From: Takakia lepidozioides
Taxonomy: Eukaryota; Plantae; Bryophyta
Assembly: GCA_030704615.1 (NCBI GenBank)
Contig: CM060731.1
Coordinates: 26,846,001 to 26,910,000, forward strand
Direction of reading: 5' to 3'
DNA: 64,000 nucleotides
Positions 62,629 through 64,000 of this stretch are shown here, piece after piece (the stretch's first letter is position 1; each line of letters starts with the position of its first letter). Below the pieces are notes generated by a model. That model saw nothing but the letters and a program-made list of their open reading frames with translations, ran no database searches and had not been told where the DNA came from. The translations under genes were made by a program, and so were the position numbers.

Positions 62629-64000
62629 TTGCAGCATTTTGATGTTCCGCATGCGACCATCGAATTCGCTCTGTTCTGTTGTGTTATGTTACGGTATATG
62701 AAGTAGTGCAGGATAGTTAAATGAACTAGTGCGGCCTGTGTCGCTGACACATACTGTAGGAAATGAATTGTCAAGATTCCAGAAGAAACCCCAATTTGCT
62801 ATTTGTCATGAGTTTATGGGGATCAAAAATACTTGAAATTCAATATCTCTCACACCGCAGGTCCAAAACTTATGAAACCACCTCGATGCACCCAGGGCTT
62901 TTCAGCGATATTAACGGAGCCCTTGCGGTTTGGGAGATCTCAACGACGGAACAAAACAAACCAAGTACATTGCTTAAGTAATAGGTAGAGCTTAGCCTCG
63001 AAAGCCGGGTCAGCGGCAACTTGATTGCATGAGGCTTGCTGGACCCTCACATATTTGGGTCAACATCCCACTCACAACAGAGTCAACAACTGCCCAAAAG
63101 AAAATAGCAAAAACTAACTTTGTTTTTGTTTTTCAGTATATTTAATGTGGAGCAAATTAACTATACCCCTTTTACTCTCTTTTTTTGAAAAAAAAGAAAC
63201 GCGGCGAGCTACTACTCCCAAATCAGGCCTTAACTTCCCTTAACTTCCTACAGATAGAGTTTTTTTGCCCTTAAAAGTTTTTACCACTATCTAATAAAAC
63301 CAGGCTACGCACCTACCAGATTACCTCCAGTCAGCTTGAACCTTACAAAACCATTGCTACTTAGGAATTTGAAAACCTGCAATGTCAAGTTTGACCATGA
63401 AATCGCAGTGTGGGGTTAAGATTTTGTTGGGCCCTCCACACCCATTGCCAGATCCTATTCTAAGCTATGCAAGCATGTGAGAAATTTCTTGCCAAATGGC
63501 CATGTTTTGCTGCCTTGTATGTGTTCTTTGGGGGATTTGAACTCCTGTGGGACCTTGCCACACGGCCCCGAGATATTAAAAGCAAGGGGTTACCTATGGA
63601 AACGTTAGGGATTCACTATGTGGTTCGTTCGCAGTTCCTGGAAATCTCTACTGGTGCAAGTAATAAGGTAGACGAACCCTAAATAGACAGTTTAGCTAGT
63701 TCGCATGGATAGAAAGATAAAAAAAAGAATGAGAACATTTTTCATGGACTAGCAAATCAAAAAGAAATACGATGTAATTTGTTTAATGAATTACAGTAAA
63801 GATATGAAATTGATATGATTTTGCAAAGTCTAGTACTACTAGACACTTATTTGTGACACATAGGACCCCCCAAAAGTGCACAACAATTATCCTATTATGG
63901 TTATTGTGTCATCCAATTACAAATTTATGTGGTCCTAAAGTGGACATCAAGTTAGTCTATTATGAATTAAAATCGACCAAAGGACATAAGCGGACATGAA

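Overview
Eukaryotic nuclear DNA from a land plant. The PLS-class PPR relics, plant-type GARP, INO80B and DDT genes, and short GT-AG introns suggest a non-seed lineage (bryophyte, lycophyte or fern); this is an inference. Genes that look intact: an intronless bacterial-type NmrA/SDR oxidoreductase (2988-3938, -), a 7-exon GARP/G2-like MYB factor (13894-18290, -), an 8-exon INO80 subunit B/IES2 gene (35217-41331, -) and a 2-exon HMG-box/AT-hook/MNM1-like gene (57877-59588, -). A 12-exon zf-4CXXC_R1 + DDT gene (45854-57117, +) has a nonsense codon in its zinc finger, exon-1 frameshifts, and a 3.2-kb 5'-truncated LINE with a perfect 15-bp TSD in one intron. Two tandem pseudogenes (about 7.1-9.7 kb) join an OSB-type 'PDF' ssDNA-binding motif to PLS-PPR repeats, the most unusual architecture in the window. 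The rest is Copia and Gypsy remnants, two hAT-type MITEs with 8-bp TSDs, a long-TIR foldback element, two tRNA-derived SINEs, short tandem duplications and palindromes. Family assignments come from motif recognition by eye; no searches were run.
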